A DNA stretch of 64,000 nt from Lama guanicoe (Eukaryota): assembly GCA_013239625.1 (NCBI GenBank), contig MU053994.1, positions 3,043,589 to 3,107,588 of the forward strand. The letters run 5' to 3'. The position numbers and the translations under genes were made by a program. Below, one piece after another: positions 63,491 through 64,000 of this stretch (its first letter is position 1; every line of letters starts with the position of its first letter). The notes under the pieces are model-generated. The model saw only the letters and a program-made list of their open reading frames with translations, searched no databases and was not told the DNA's origin.

Positions 63491-63834
63491 TTTCTATCTA
63501 TCTAGAGATGGATTTCAAGGATTCGTCTCATGTGATGTGGGGGCTGGCAAGTCTGAAATCTGCAGGGTGGGCTGAGAGGCTGGAGACCCAGGGAGGAGCT
63601 GATGTTACAGCTTGTCTGCTAGCAGAATTCCCTCTTCCTTGGGGGACCTCTGCCTTTTTCTCCAAAGGTCTTCAACCAATTGGATGTGACCCACATACAT
63701 TATGGAAGTTTACACTTTTACTGACTTAAAAGTTAGTCTCATCTGAAAAACACCTTCACAGCAACATCTAGACTGGGTTTGACCAAATATCGGGTACTGT
63801 GGCCTAAGTCGACACATTAAAAGTAACCATCTCA
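63414..63834 (-). mobile_element. MLT2-type (ERVL) LTR containing a (TG)n microsatellite
   Basis: agggttctccagagaaacagaaccaacagga; ggctggcaagtctgaaatctgcaggg; caccttcacagcaacatctagact. Confidence 0.88.
63455..63489. repeat. (TG)n microsatellite, about 17 units
   Basis: Directly visible uninterrupted TG run. Confidence 0.95.
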
Positions 63835-64000
63835 GGCTGCACGAGTGTATGTGTGTGTGCACTGTGTACATGTGGAGGTTCAGGTAGGAATTTGAGAGGC
63901 AGGAACACAGGGGAAGAACATTTTGTGTAGAGGGAACACTGGGAACAGAAAGAACAGAGGTGGAGAAAACTGATTCTGTTCAGAGTAATGAGCACTGCAG

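Noticed and set aside
1..64000. CRISPR arrays, prokaryotic operons, rRNA, ERV internal genes (gag/pol/env)
   Set aside because: No regularly spaced repeats, gene-dense segment or retroviral coding motifs seen; all LTRs appear to be solo

Overview
Mammalian, repeat-dominated genomic DNA. It is most likely camelid, judged by about 10 copies of a tRNA-Ala-like SINE resembling Vic-1 and by cetartiodactyl-type L1 3' ends. I found no intact protein-coding gene, RNA gene or CRISPR array. The window holds a decayed ~6 kb L1 with four nested insertions, many truncated L1s (several with clear target-site duplications, TSDs), solo LTRs (MER21, MLT1/MLT2, LTR16-like, ERV1-type, MER41-like), a hAT-Tip100/Zaphod-like transposase fossil, MER3/MER5A, MIR and L2. 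It also has a processed RAN pseudogene and three CpG-rich, promoter-like non-repeat islands (~14.6-15.0, 23.7-24.9 and 44.8-45.1 kb). Most notable: (i) an ancient MLT1 LTR fragment apparently retrocopied by L1 machinery into a younger L1; (ii) a RAN retrocopy with four consecutive in-frame deletions just downstream of a sense LTR; (iii) promoter, splice and polyA signals suggesting unannotated, probably non-coding transcripts on both strands. Repeat names come from my recollection of consensus sequences, not from a search, and many boundaries are approximate. I see no convincing evidence of a wholly new biological system.
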